This document shows, piece after piece, positions 10,848 through 20,811 of a stretch of DNA of 64,000 bases. The position numbers were made by a program, and so were the translations under genes. The notes beneath the pieces are model-generated. The model saw only the letters and a list, made by a program, of their open reading frames with translations. It searched no databases and was not told the DNA's origin. Every line of letters starts with the position of its first letter. The stretch's first letter is position 1. Source of the stretch: Bdellovibrionales bacterium (lineage in GTDB: Bacteria; Bdellovibrionota; Bdellovibrionia; Bdellovibrionales; UBA1609); NCBI GenBank assembly GCA_965200875.1, contig OZ241456.1, positions 672,001-736,000 of the forward strand. Direction: 5' to 3'.

Positions 10848-11576
10848 AATTCTTCCCTCCTCTTTCACTGTGGCTTGTTCAATCTCTTTTACAATATCCC
10901 AATTAAATGCTGGATCATATCGCCGTATATAATCTACTGCTCGACCGATCAATGCTTCTCGCTCACTGGAACTAAGACCCTGACCTATCGTAAAAAGCTC
11001 TTTCACTTTTGATTCATCAAGTCGCCAGATATGTTTTAAAATATACAAAATAGGACGAGTTGTCAAATCCCTGGCCTCCTTTGACACATCTAAAGACTGA
11101 ATATTCAAGACCCGCGGACGAAAATTCAACACATTGCCTGCAAATCTCTCTTTTAATTCCACCGGGAAATTATGCAGGTACTCGTGAAAATCAAGAGGCC
11201 CTGGCCATGTCTTTTGTGTACTCTGGTTAATAAGCACAGGAAGAATAGGTATTCGTGTATTTTGATAAATCCCTGCCTGATAGATTAAAAACTGTATCAT
11301 CAAATCCAGGTCGTGTTGGCTTTTATGCTCCATTAAAAATAATATTTTAGCAGGTTTTTGAGAGCTTTTAAGAAGAGCTGAAACCAAGAGGTCCATGCGT
11401 TTTTCTTTTGCGGATTTGTCAATAAAAGTTGTGGCTTCTGTTTTAAGGGTGGTCCAATCAAAAAGTTTCATTTCCTCTTTTGAGAGAACGAGGCTTAGGA
11501 TATCCACACAATACTTTGTTTGCGAGTAGACTTCTTTGAATAAATGATCATGTAAGAATTTTTTACTTTTCTGCAT
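10605..11576 (-). CDS. Rpn/YhgA-family PD-(D/E)xK nuclease
   Basis: HDHLFK, RMDLLVS and FLMEHKS; C-terminal (Q/E)G repeats and TGLSEEEI tail. Confidence 0.9.
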   Translation of the reverse strand: MQKSKKFLHDHLFKEVYSQTKYCVDILSLVLSKEEMKLFDWTTLKTEATTFIDKSAKEKRMDLLVSALLKSSQKPAKILFLMEHKSQHDLDLMIQFLIYQAGIYQNTRIPILPVLINQSTQKTWPGPLDFHEYLHNFPVELKERFAGNVLNFRPRVLNIQSLDVSKEARDLTTRPILYILKHIWRLDESKVKELFTIGQGLSSSEREALIGRAVDYIRRYDPAFNWDIVKEIEQATVKEEGRIMMPLLKSSYDEARQQGMQQGRLEGIQEGRLEGIQQGMQQGRQEGQKELIAKLLKTGVDLQALCKGTGLSEEEIKKLKSGD

Positions 11577-11639
11577 AATCTTGAGAAATGGAATATAAAA
11601 AGATTTTTGTCAATAAAAAATAAGAAACTTTCGTGACCT

Positions 11640-11985
11640 AGGCTTTATCGGCTGGTTGCAAAACACTGCTATTAAATTTGTGTGCTGTGATATGCCGGAG
11701 GCGACCCGTGAAACAATCGGGTTCATGGGTGTTATGGCCAGGTGGGAGCGTGAACAAATAGCCAAGCGAACCAAAGAGGCCCTGGCTGAGAAAAAGAGAC
11801 AAGGTGTAAAGCTTGGGTATCATATCCCGGCTGTGAGACGGGGGTTACACCGGTATTGGAAAGAATATAAAAAGCAACACAAAGCTATTGTAAAAGAACA
11901 AAAGAAAAAGGCTAAGAAAGAACCACCACCCCCACCCAAGCTTACTAAGGCCCAAAGAGAGGAGGAGATATTTTTTAAGCCATGA
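11640..11985 (-). other. Antisense side of the resolvase remnant; no separate gene supported
   Basis: Short overlapping minus-strand ORFs here lack recognisable motifs. Confidence 0.2.
11640..11985 (+). pseudogene. Serine recombinase (resolvase) C-terminal remnant
   Basis: FVCCDMPEA...MARWEREQIAKRTKEALAEKKRQGVKLG; catalytic N-terminus absent. Confidence 0.75.
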
Positions 11986-12240
11986 GTGATGAAGCCCCCG
12001 ATGACGGACATAGGCTATAAAGTGCCTGCTGTTTAGAATGGAGGATAACATCATTTTGTACAAACTTAATGCGGTAACCAGTACGCGGATATGAGTTTAA
12101 AAATCCATGTTGCTCATAAATATCTCCATACCTCTAATTTTTATCATTGACAAGTTGGTCATCCATAGGAGTCTGTTTGTTCGTCAAGCCAGTAAAATCA
12201 GTGATTTGTTTGTAGATTGCACTATGCTTGGAACAATAAG

Positions 12241-12268
12241 TTGACAGGCATACAAGATTTGTTATGAT
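12241..12268 (+). promoter_or_regulatory. sigma70-type promoter
   Basis: TTGACA-N16-TATGAT with extended -10 TG. Confidence 0.55.
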
Positions 12269-12354
12269 AATATGTATTATCAGCTGTGAAAGGTGATAGG
12301 TATCAAATTGTTGGAAACTGATTTTCATTAGGAGAATATCAGAGGATAAAAATT

Positions 12355-12591
12355 ATGATTGATGAAAAACTTGTAGATAAAAATTATTCTTACTTTAAAA
12401 GTCAGTTACCTGTTTTAATGAAAGAACATTTAAATAAAATAGCTGTTGTTAAAGATCAGAAGGTTTTGAAAATATTTGATAGTGTAACAGAAGCTGATCA
12501 GTTTGTGCTTGAAAAGCAATATCCACATGGAGTTTTTCTTATTCAGGAAATCAATGATACTGTTCATTACATTTCCAGATCGGCTGAATAA
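12355..12591 (+). CDS. Small DUF5678-like protein
   Basis: SD AGAGGA; N-YF-LP-LMKEH-KIAVVKDQKV-FD...FLIQEI pattern. Confidence 0.55.
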   Translation: MIDEKLVDKNYSYFKSQLPVLMKEHLNKIAVVKDQKVLKIFDSVTEADQFVLEKQYPHGVFLIQEINDTVHYISRSAE

Positions 12592-12604
12592 TGAGAAAAG
12601 ATAA

Positions 12605-13311
12605 ATGAAGTTTCAATTTAATTCCAATCAAAAATACCAGTTAGATGCTATTTTTAGTGTAACGAATTTGTTTAAAGGACAACAATCCTCAGAAGAGCAG
12701 TTTGGAATAAGCCAAGGCAAAGTGGGGAGTCTTTTAAATTCTCATTTTCTTTCCAGTGGTTATATCTCTGGGTATGGAAACACACTTACCTTAAGTACTG
12801 AGCAAATAAACAAAAACTTAAAAGAGACACAAGATAAAAACTACATTTCCTCTTCAGAAACAATAATGTCAAACGGAAAAAATTTTTCTGTAGAAATGGA
12901 GACAGGAACAGGAAAAACCTACACTTATCTAAGAACAATATTTGAATTAAATAAGCTTTATGGGTTTAAAAAAATTCTTATTGTTGTGCCTTCTATGATT
13001 ATATTTATTATGAGTCTAAAGTGGAAAAACAATTTGCTGTGGCTTTGGAGAATATGCAGAATATAAAATATTTTATTAAGTTGCCGGGGTGGTTTAAAGT
13101 CAACACCCCTGTAGGAGACTATAATCCTGATTGGGCTATTCTGAAACAAAATGGGGATATTGTGTATATGATTCGGGAAACCAAAGGGGCTTTAAAAGTA
13201 GGATCTTTAAGAGGACTGGAAAAAGACAAAATAAAATGTGGAGAAAAACATTTTAAAAGCCTTGGAGTAAATTACAAAAAATGTACTTCTGTGAAAGATG
13301 CAGATTTATGA
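12605..13311 (+). pseudogene. res: Type III restriction Res subunit with large internal deletion and frameshift
   Basis: N-terminal FSVEMETGTGKTYTYLRTIFEL...IVVPS joined near 12995 to C-terminal YDY...KLPGWFKVNTPVGDYNPDWAI...ETKG. Confidence 0.88.
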
Positions 13312-13333
13312 CTTGTGTCGACTGAATAGTTTT

Positions 13334-14338
13334 TTAAGCTGAGGTTTTGATTTGTTTTTTTGGGTTTTGTAGTATTTTTGCCAAAGGTTGTGTCCATTGT
13401 TGAATTTCATATAGATGTTTTTCCTGAATTGTTTTATCTGCTATTCCCATGTAAGCTCCTATAATATTTTTTGAGCTGTCAAATACAGGTATCATAGTGA
13501 TATGTTTGGGAAGCGTTTTGAATCCCCAAGGTTTAAAAAAATTTGTATGTTGTTCGTTTTTGACGATGTATCCATGATAAGGGCTACTGGATTTTACAAT
13601 TATGCTAAAAATAGAAGGTGTGTCTATTTTTACGGGTGTTGCAGGTCCATCTATTGATTGACTCCATTCCACAGGTTTAAATTTGTTGTTATGGAAAGAA
13701 AAAATTATTACACCTTTAAAATGTTTTTCTGAAATTTTAAAAATATCAGTGTAGTTTTCACTTTCAAAAGATTTATTTATTGAAGAGTTGGTATTTTTTT
13801 GGATAAGGGTGTTCAGTAAGTTTGTGGATTTGGTAAACCATTTGGTTTTCCCAGAAGTTACACTTGTGTTGGATGTGTTTTCTTTATAAGATTTCTGGTG
13901 GGCGATGGGATGGAGAGTATTGATATTGCTTGTGGGTTCAGCTGGAGGAAATTCCTTGATTTTATTCCAGAAAAAACTTAGTTTTTGAGGGAGAGCAAGT
14001 ACAGGAACAATATTTTTGGATTGTATTTTTTCTGGAGGTTCAATACAGCCTGTAAATAAAACAGTATCCCATTCATAAAGAGGAATGAAGCTTTCGTTCC
14101 ATTTTTCACGATATTGAACTTTATGCCAAAACTGTTGGTTAATACTGATATTTTGAAAAAAAGAATCTGTTAAGAAAGGGATATTATAATGTTGTGTGGT
14201 CCAGTCCATGTATTGGTTAGAGGTTATTTTATTGTTTTTTAAGGCCCATACGGCAAAACTATCCTTTTGACCGGATTGTTGCCATTTCCCATAATGAATA
14301 TCAGATAAGTTAAATTTTTGTTGCCATTTCTTTTCCAT
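13334..14338 (-). CDS. Hypothetical protein
   Basis: 334-aa ORF; sigma28-like TAAG-N15-TCCGATTT at 14405-14431. Confidence 0.7.
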   Translation of the reverse strand: MEKKWQQKFNLSDIHYGKWQQSGQKDSFAVWALKNNKITSNQYMDWTTQHYNIPFLTDSFFQNISINQQFWHKVQYREKWNESFIPLYEWDTVLFTGCIEPPEKIQSKNIVPVLALPQKLSFFWNKIKEFPPAEPTSNINTLHPIAHQKSYKENTSNTSVTSGKTKWFTKSTNLLNTLIQKNTNSSINKSFESENYTDIFKISEKHFKGVIIFSFHNNKFKPVEWSQSIDGPATPVKIDTPSIFSIIVKSSSPYHGYIVKNEQHTNFFKPWGFKTLPKHITMIPVFDSSKNIIGAYMGIADKTIQEKHLYEIQQWTQPLAKILQNPKKQIKTSA

Positions 14339-14479
14339 TTTCTTGCCTTGAATGCTATTTACTTAAAAAAGTGTTTTTTGGCTTTTTAGTGGTGTACAAT
14401 TATAAAATCGGAAAAATAAAATATTTTCTTAAGTCTGAATATGTACTGATTTAAAAAGGCCCTGTATGATATTTTAACA

Positions 14480-15652
14480 ATGATGCGTGTTTTGTTGGAT
14501 AAAAGCCGAATTTACCTAGACTATAATGCCACTACTCCACCGGCTGAATTTCTGAGTGAGCGGATTCAGAAATGGTTGCATTTTTGGGGAAATCCCAGTT
14601 CTGTACATCAAACGGGCCAAGTCGCTCGGGCAACTTTTTGGTCTTCCAAGGTGCATTTGGCTAAATTTATGGGTTGTCACCCTTTGGAATTAATCGCTAC
14701 CAGTGGTGGCAGTGAAGCCAATAATATGGCCCTGAAGGGGTTATATAATAAGTATTTTTCCCGGGATCCCAGTAGAAATGAGATTATTATATCTGCTGTA
14801 GAACATCCCAGTGTGAAAGTGCCTGTAAAGTTTTTGGAAAAAAACGGCATGAAAATCAAATATATCCCTGTATCCGTAAAGGGAGAGCTGGACTTGTCTG
14901 CTTATAAATCCGCCCTCAGTGAAAAAACTTTTATAGTGTCCATTATGTATGCAAATAATGAAACGGGCAATTTATTTCCTATTTCCAAATTGGTTAAAAT
15001 GGCTCATGAAGTGGGTGCTTTTTTTCACTGTGACGCTGTTCAGGCTTTGGGAAAAATACATTTTGATTTGCATAAACTGGGAGTTGATACGGCCAGCTTT
15101 TCGGCTCATAAATTTTATGCTTTAAAAGGAACAGGTGTATTATATTGCAGAAAAGGTTTATTGCCGGATAATTTGATACATGGAGGGCCCCAAGAGAGAA
15201 ACCGCCGGGCCGGAACAGAAAATCTTTTGGGAATGGCCTGTTTTGGAGCTGTAGCTCAAAAGGGAGAGGAAATCATAAATTATTTTCAGCAGTTGGACAC
15301 TCTAAGGGATGAAATGGAGAAAAATATTTTGTCTTCGCTATCTTCTTCAAAAATATTGGGTGCAGAAGGGAAAAGATTAACCAACACATCCTGTATTCAT
15401 ATCCCTAATGTACAAGGTGAAACCCTTTTAATGAACATGGATTTGAAGGGATACTCCTTTAGTGTGGGTTCGGCCTGTCATTCCGGCAGTCTTAAACCCA
15501 GCGGAGTGTTAGTGGCTATGGGCTTGGGTGAAGAGTCTGCTCGCTCTGCTATTCGGATCAGCTTGGGTTTGGGTGTTCAAAGGGAATATTTGGATTGTTT
15601 TGTATCCGATCTCGTGGATTCCGTGAAACGGATTCGCTCTTTTCCCTCATGA
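14480..15652 (+). CDS. iscS: Cysteine desulfurase (class V PLP enzyme)
   Basis: YLDYNATT, SGGSEAN, DAVQ, SAHK, RAGTEN, GSACHSG. Confidence 0.93.
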   Translation: MMRVLLDKSRIYLDYNATTPPAEFLSERIQKWLHFWGNPSSVHQTGQVARATFWSSKVHLAKFMGCHPLELIATSGGSEANNMALKGLYNKYFSRDPSRNEIIISAVEHPSVKVPVKFLEKNGMKIKYIPVSVKGELDLSAYKSALSEKTFIVSIMYANNETGNLFPISKLVKMAHEVGAFFHCDAVQALGKIHFDLHKLGVDTASFSAHKFYALKGTGVLYCRKGLLPDNLIHGGPQERNRRAGTENLLGMACFGAVAQKGEEIINYFQQLDTLRDEMEKNILSSLSSSKILGAEGKRLTNTSCIHIPNVQGETLLMNMDLKGYSFSVGSACHSGSLKPSGVLVAMGLGEESARSAIRISLGLGVQREYLDCFVSDLVDSVKRIRSFPS

Positions 15653-15664
15653 TTGCGTAAGGTG

Positions 15665-15777
15665 TTAACACACTGTTATCACTTGATTTTTTATAATTTT
15701 CTTGAAAAATAATTGCAAGGTTTTACAATAAAACCCTTTGTTTTCTTGCAAAATAAGGATTAGAGTATTACACAGTG
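15665..15777 (+). repeat. Short copy of the dispersed intergenic repeat family
   Basis: CACTGTTATCACTTGATTTTT...TTGCAAGGTTTTACAATA...CTTTGTTTTCTTGCAAAA shared with 40420-40500 and, inverted, 50632-50720. Confidence 0.8.
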
Positions 15778-15921
15778 ATTTATAAGAAGGGCCGGCTTGG
15801 CAACCGTTTTGGATGGTTCTCCGTCTTTTTTTGTTTTTGGTTATTTTGTGTGCATTGCACAATTTTATTGTGAGTTTTTTATGTTATTCTAAAAAAGTTA
15901 ATAAAATAAAGGACATGTATT

Positions 15922-16143
15922 ATGCGATATGTTGGTATAACTTCCCGTGATCCATATATTAGAAAGCGGGAATGGGAAAGTCTGGGAAGGGTCCTGTTTA
16001 ATTTTCAGATTATACACTCTGGCTTGACTTATGAAGAGGCTCAAAAGATAGAAGATTCATTTAGGAGTGAAGGGTTTTTAGCTGAACCTGGAGGTCCAAA
16101 GATTCCTGAGAAGGTATATTCTGTTTATACTTTTGAGTATTAA
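15922..16143 (+). CDS. Minimal GIY-YIG-like protein
   Basis: SD AAGGA; YVGIT...R...A..IE pattern in 73 aa. Confidence 0.55.
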   Translation: MRYVGITSRDPYIRKREWESLGRVLFNFQIIHSGLTYEEAQKIEDSFRSEGFLAEPGGPKIPEKVYSVYTFEY

Positions 16144-16227
16144 GTAAAAATAGGTAAGTTTATGCTAGATTTTATTATCTTGGACATTCAACGAAAGCTA
16201 ATCATGGTGAAAAGAATATCTTTATTG

Positions 16228-17097
16228 TCATCTGCGACGCGACCGGCGACGAGTTGAAGAAGAAGAAGAAGAGCGTCTTCTATCTGAAGAACGGCCACTC
16301 TTGCGTCTCCTGCTAGAGTCCCTTCTGGAAGAAGAGCGACTTTCTCGACTTTCCTCTTGTTTTCTTTTTTTCTTTTTAAAAAGCATATATAAAACAGTAG
16401 TGGCCATCAGTCCCAGTCCACCTAGAACTTCTGGTTTCTTTAAAAGATCGAGTAAACCGGCAAGGCCACCTTTGCCTTTTGAACCATCTTCACCCATTCC
16501 ACCTAATTCCTCATCCGCATCTATAAGATCCTGAATATGGTCCTGTAACCCACCCATTCCCATTGAACCTCTTTGCTTGGAGGCAAATGCAGGAGAGACA
16601 TTCATCACCCTTAAACTGTTAATGGAAGCGGCAAAATCCGATGCGTATTTTTTATAATGATTTTTATGAGCACTATAAGTAACCAAAATCGCCAAAGAGC
16701 CCTTAATTGTAACCAGATAACGTGTATAATATGCCGGAACTTCTGAACCTTGATGAAAACCATCCACCCACATATGCTGGTTGATCTGTCTTTGTTTCGC
16801 GTGAAACACTTTGGACGAAAAATTTCCCCCTTTTGCTTTCTTAACAGTACGAGGGGTTTTCAAATGATTAATATATTGAGCTAAGCTATCTGGAGGTCCT
16901 TTTTGTTTAGCCGTTAAAATAATCATGGCTTCAGAGGCTTTTTTGCGATTCAGCTTATTTGTACAAATCCATTCTGTTCCTTCTGGATGACAATGCCAAT
17001 TATTTAACAGATCAAAACTGACATAACTGGTTGCAAATTTCTTCGCGAAAGAAGAAACAGAAAAAACAATCAAAAAAATGAATAATATGCGTTTCAT
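16228..17097 (-). CDS. Exported membrane-anchored protein with Arg/Ser-rich tail
   Basis: Signal peptide, C-terminal TM helix, RS-rich tail; TCCGATAT sigma28 -10 box just upstream. Confidence 0.75.
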   Translation of the reverse strand: MKRILFIFLIVFSVSSFAKKFATSYVSFDLLNNWHCHPEGTEWICTNKLNRKKASEAMIILTAKQKGPPDSLAQYINHLKTPRTVKKAKGGNFSSKVFHAKQRQINQHMWVDGFHQGSEVPAYYTRYLVTIKGSLAILVTYSAHKNHYKKYASDFAASINSLRVMNVSPAFASKQRGSMGMGGLQDHIQDLIDADEELGGMGEDGSKGKGGLAGLLDLLKKPEVLGGLGLMATTVLYMLFKKKKRKQEESRESRSSSRRDSSRRRKSGRSSDRRRSSSSSSTRRRSRRR

Positions 17098-17146
17098 TAC
17101 AGTTTATTATATCGGAAATAATGAAAAATTTTATAATTTTTTATTA

Positions 17147-17290
17147 TGAGTTTACTAATCTTTTGTAGCAAAAAAAGTGAGTTTACTAATCTTTTGTAGC
17201 AAAAAAAGTGAGTTTACTAATCTTTTGTAGCAAAAAAAGTGAGTTTACTAATCTTTTGTAGCAAAAAAAGTGAGTTTACTAATCTTTTGT
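17147..17290. repeat. Perfect 31-bp tandem repeat, 4.6 copies
   Basis: TGAGTTTACTAATCTTTTGTAGCAAAAAAAG at 17147, 17178, 17209, 17240 and partial at 17271. Confidence 0.97.
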
Positions 17291-17517
17291 TAATCAAAAA
17301 AAATAGCAATTTTTTGACTTTATCAGGAAGAATCAATAGACTGATCTTCAAAAGACAGCAGTTTTTTCATTTTTTAAGGAGATTCATATTGGCTGTTTAG
17401 ACTTGACACTGCACATAAAATTTTAAAATCAAACAAATCAAACCCGCAGATCAGCCTGAAAAAACAAACTTTATAAAATTCATTTAAGACTAAAATGCTA
17501 AAAAATGTAAGGCTATT

Positions 17518-18816
17518 ATGAAAAAAAATCCTTTTAATCCAAACTCTGTGGTTCAACCACTATTATTTGCTGGTCGTGCTCAGCAGGTTTTTTATATGGT
17601 GCGCAAAATGTCTCAGGTTCGGAACAAAATGCCAGCCAGTTTTGTTATTTCCGGGGAACGGGGAATAGGTAAAACAGCTTTGGCAAAATTTATAATGTTC
17701 ATTTCTCAGAAAAAAGACAAAGAGTTTGAAAACTTAAATTTTTTAACCACCTATTATACTATAGAACAAGGGCAATCTTTTCGATCAGTACTTCAATCCT
17801 CCCTTAATTTACTGACAGATCAACTTCCTAAAACTTCTATAGAAAGACTTAGCTCCCACTTGGGAGGTTTGTTTAAAGATGGCAAGTTTTCTCTTGGCGC
17901 GTTTGGAGTCACAGTATCAGCGAATAGAGATAAAGGAGCACTTTCTGAAGAAAGTATGTATGTGAAAGATCATGCCATATCCATATTGACCAATATTCTT
18001 AAAGGCATGGAAGCGGAGCAATCAAAAATCAGAAGAAACAAAGCCTTGGATGGACTGCTTATTGTGTTGGATGAAATACACAACATCAGGGATTTTGATG
18101 GTGTTGCGCAAATCTTAAGAAATGTCATAACCACTTTGGATATAAATGGGCACGGCAATATTGTGTTTTTAATTATCAGTCCTCCTTCAGCCGTAAAGCG
18201 TTTTTTTAAAGGAGATCCTTCTGCTAAAAGAAGTTTTGATATATCTTCCTTGGAGATCATGCCTGATAATGAGGCTCAGGAAATACTTATAAAAGGTTTT
18301 GATCAGGCAGAAATCAAATACGATAAAGAGATTATTGAAAATAATATAAGCAAAGCAGGAGGATACCCTCATTCCATCCAAGTTTTAGGGCATAATTTGG
18401 TGGAAACAGACGAAGACAATTACATTGATAAAGAAGATTGGGAAAAAGCCATAAAAAAAACTGCTTTGGAGCTTCAACAAAAAGACTTTTCCAATCTCTA
18501 TAGTTTTAACGGAAAAATTCGGCAAAGAGATGAGCTTTTAAATGTTTTAGCTCTTCTGCCAAGGCCGATATCTAAGACAAAACTGGCAAGTGAATTTCAA
18601 AAAAAACAAAAAAATATTTATACCAAAACTTGTCTTCCGGAATTAAAAAAAACAGGGGCTATAAAAGAAGATTCGGAAACTGGCGTGCTTTCTTTACAGT
18701 CTTATTTATTTAAATCTGCTATCAGACTTCATATAGCTTCTTATATCAATGAAGAAAGTGAATCACAATCAGCTTGGTATCAAGTATATAAAGCTCTGGC
18801 AGATAAAAACCGGTGA
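17518..18816 (+). CDS. AAA+/STAND-like P-loop ATPase with probable C-terminal winged helix
   Basis: NPF...FAGR, Walker A GERGIGKT, Walker B IVLDE, GGYP motif. Confidence 0.85.
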   Translation: MKKNPFNPNSVVQPLLFAGRAQQVFYMVRKMSQVRNKMPASFVISGERGIGKTALAKFIMFISQKKDKEFENLNFLTTYYTIEQGQSFRSVLQSSLNLLTDQLPKTSIERLSSHLGGLFKDGKFSLGAFGVTVSANRDKGALSEESMYVKDHAISILTNILKGMEAEQSKIRRNKALDGLLIVLDEIHNIRDFDGVAQILRNVITTLDINGHGNIVFLIISPPSAVKRFFKGDPSAKRSFDISSLEIMPDNEAQEILIKGFDQAEIKYDKEIIENNISKAGGYPHSIQVLGHNLVETDEDNYIDKEDWEKAIKKTALELQQKDFSNLYSFNGKIRQRDELLNVLALLPRPISKTKLASEFQKKQKNIYTKTCLPELKKTGAIKEDSETGVLSLQSYLFKSAIRLHIASYINEESESQSAWYQVYKALADKNR

Positions 18817-19038
18817 CAGATATGTGGCTTTAGGGTGATATAAAGGATTAAAAATAAAAAAGTAACATTTAAAGATTTTGATAAATTAAGCTTTAAACTA
18901 GCCATTCGTTTGTTTTTTTGAAAAAATTATATTGACTGGGAGTCAAGACGCTTTTTCTTTTCATTTTTGCAAAACCTTGAAATTATTTTCGGTTTTGGTA
19001 GTTGCAGGATGAGCTGAAATATGTCAAGAAGTAAGAAT

Positions 19039-19848
19039 ATGAAAGCTTTTTTTATAATTCTTTTATTTCCGGTTTTTGGAGTTGCAGGACAATCTGAAAA
19101 ATGTCAAAAAATACAAGTCGATATAGCCAATGCCGAAGTTGCTTTGTCAAAAGCTAATGTTGATATATCCAAAGCCAGAGCCGATTCGTCTAAAGCCACT
19201 GCTAATTTGTTCAGAGCCAATGCTGATATGTCCAAAAAAATAGTTGCTATTTTGTCCAAAGCCAATGTTGATATATCCAGAGCCAGTGCCGATTCGTCTA
19301 AAGCTCAAGCCGATATGTCCAAAGCTTTTAAAGAAGCTCTAAAATACAAATGTTTTAAACAAACAACTACTTGTATAAAAACAATTAAAAGTAAAGCCAA
19401 AGTCTCTGCTAATATATCCAAATTCTATGCTGATATATCTAAAGCCACTTTTGGTGTGTCCAAAGCCCAAACCGATTCGTTAAAACTTCAAGCTGATGCA
19501 ATCAAATTCTCTGCTGATTGGGGTAAAGCTGATAATTCTATATTCAAAGCCCGAGCTAAAATCAAAAAAACAGTGGTCGGTAAAGGAGGGATAGCCAGAG
19601 CCAGTGCCGATTCGTCTAAAGCTCAAGCCGATATGTCCAAAGCCTTTGCTGATATGTCCAAAGCTTCTGCTATTTTGTCCAAAGTTTATGCTGATATGTC
19701 CAAAGCTTCTGCTATTTTGTCCAACTCTCGTGCTGATTGGGCCAAAGCCTTTGATGATATATCCAAACTCCATATTGTTTGGCTTAAAATTGATGTGGAT
19801 TTTAAAAAATATTGTGTTAAAAAACAGCGTCCATCAGTCTCCATATAA
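19039..19848 (+). CDS. Secreted heptad-repeat (ADxSKA) coiled-coil protein
   Basis: Signal peptide; 21-nt periodic repeats; paired Cys. Confidence 0.75.
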   Translation: MKAFFIILLFPVFGVAGQSEKCQKIQVDIANAEVALSKANVDISKARADSSKATANLFRANADMSKKIVAILSKANVDISRASADSSKAQADMSKAFKEALKYKCFKQTTTCIKTIKSKAKVSANISKFYADISKATFGVSKAQTDSLKLQADAIKFSADWGKADNSIFKARAKIKKTVVGKGGIARASADSSKAQADMSKAFADMSKASAILSKVYADMSKASAILSNSRADWAKAFDDISKLHIVWLKIDVDFKKYCVKKQRPSVSI

Positions 19849-19867
19849 TACAATAAAGGTCTCCAAA

Positions 19868-20785
19868 TTGGATATTCAACAGTTAAAAATTTTTTGCACG
19901 GTAATTTCAGAAGGAAGTATGACTGCCGCCGCAGTTAAAATGTCTGTTACTCAACCAGCCATAAGCCAAAAGATCCGTAGTTTGGAGAGTGAACTGGGTG
20001 TCAAACTGCTGGTGAGAGGAGTGCGACAAATCCGCCTGACAGTTCAGGGACAATTACTATATAGCTATGCGAAAAAAATTCTTAATCTGACACAAACAGT
20101 GGAATCTGCCATTCAAACGCTATCCAATGAATTGGAAGGAAGTATCCAAGTTGCGACTTTAAATTCCATTGGGCTTAATCTGATTACTCCTATCGTTGGT
20201 GCTATTTTAAATCCCAATCAAAGAAAATTAAGGATGGGTCTTTCATACGGAACGGGTGTGGAAGTAATAGAAAAAATGAAAACAAAAGAGGTGGATATTG
20301 CCATCTTACCGGATTTAAAAGAAGAATATGGATTGACCATTCCAGGGTATCAATCTCAATTATTGTTTAAAGATGAATTGCTGTTTGTGGGTTCCGGAAA
20401 AGACAACTCTTTGCCCAGAAATACCTCTATAAAAGACTTTGGTTTGCGTCCAATGGTGGCTTTTAAAAATCTTTTTCCCAGGTTTCGGTATCATCTCTAT
20501 GAAATGATGACACAAAAAAAAATGGAAATCCAAGCTCCTGTTTTTGAAAGCAACAATATAGGCACTTTAAAAAAGATTATTGAAGTATGGATGTGTTGGG
20601 GCTTTCTGCCTTCGCACAGCATTCATAAACAAATACGAATGGGTAGACTTTCTGTCATTCAGTTGGAGGAAATTTCTTACTTTATGAATATCAATGCTTA
20701 TTACAAGTTCAATCAATCAGAAAAAACACAGAGAATGATTGACACCTTTTTGATGATGCTCAAAAAACAACATCATCTTTTGTAA
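19868..20785 (+). CDS. LysR-family transcriptional regulator
   Basis: TTG start with AAAGGT SD; DIQQLKIF...GSMTAAA...TQPAISQKIRSLESELG HTH. Confidence 0.93.
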   Translation: MDIQQLKIFCTVISEGSMTAAAVKMSVTQPAISQKIRSLESELGVKLLVRGVRQIRLTVQGQLLYSYAKKILNLTQTVESAIQTLSNELEGSIQVATLNSIGLNLITPIVGAILNPNQRKLRMGLSYGTGVEVIEKMKTKEVDIAILPDLKEEYGLTIPGYQSQLLFKDELLFVGSGKDNSLPRNTSIKDFGLRPMVAFKNLFPRFRYHLYEMMTQKKMEIQAPVFESNNIGTLKKIIEVWMCWGFLPSHSIHKQIRMGRLSVIQLEEISYFMNINAYYKFNQSEKTQRMIDTFLMMLKKQHHLL

Positions 20786-20811
20786 CCTGAATGCCAGTCA
20801 AAGATTTCCAT

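Noticed and set aside
11580..11614. CRISPR spacer resembles the region upstream of the first rpn (GAAATGG...ATTTT.G.CAAT)
   Set aside because: Only 16/32 ungapped, seed mismatches, no CC PAM, AT-rich; not distinguishable from chance
11645..11671. GCCGATAA sigma28 -10 box pointing at rpn
   Set aside because: No -35 match, and it lies inside the resolvase remnant
17147..17290. 31-bp repeats as a CRISPR array
   Set aside because: No spacers; a pure tandem repeat
19604..19867. N-terminal extension of LysR in the ORF track
   Set aside because: Off-frame reading of the upstream repeat gene; the HTH begins at TTG 19868
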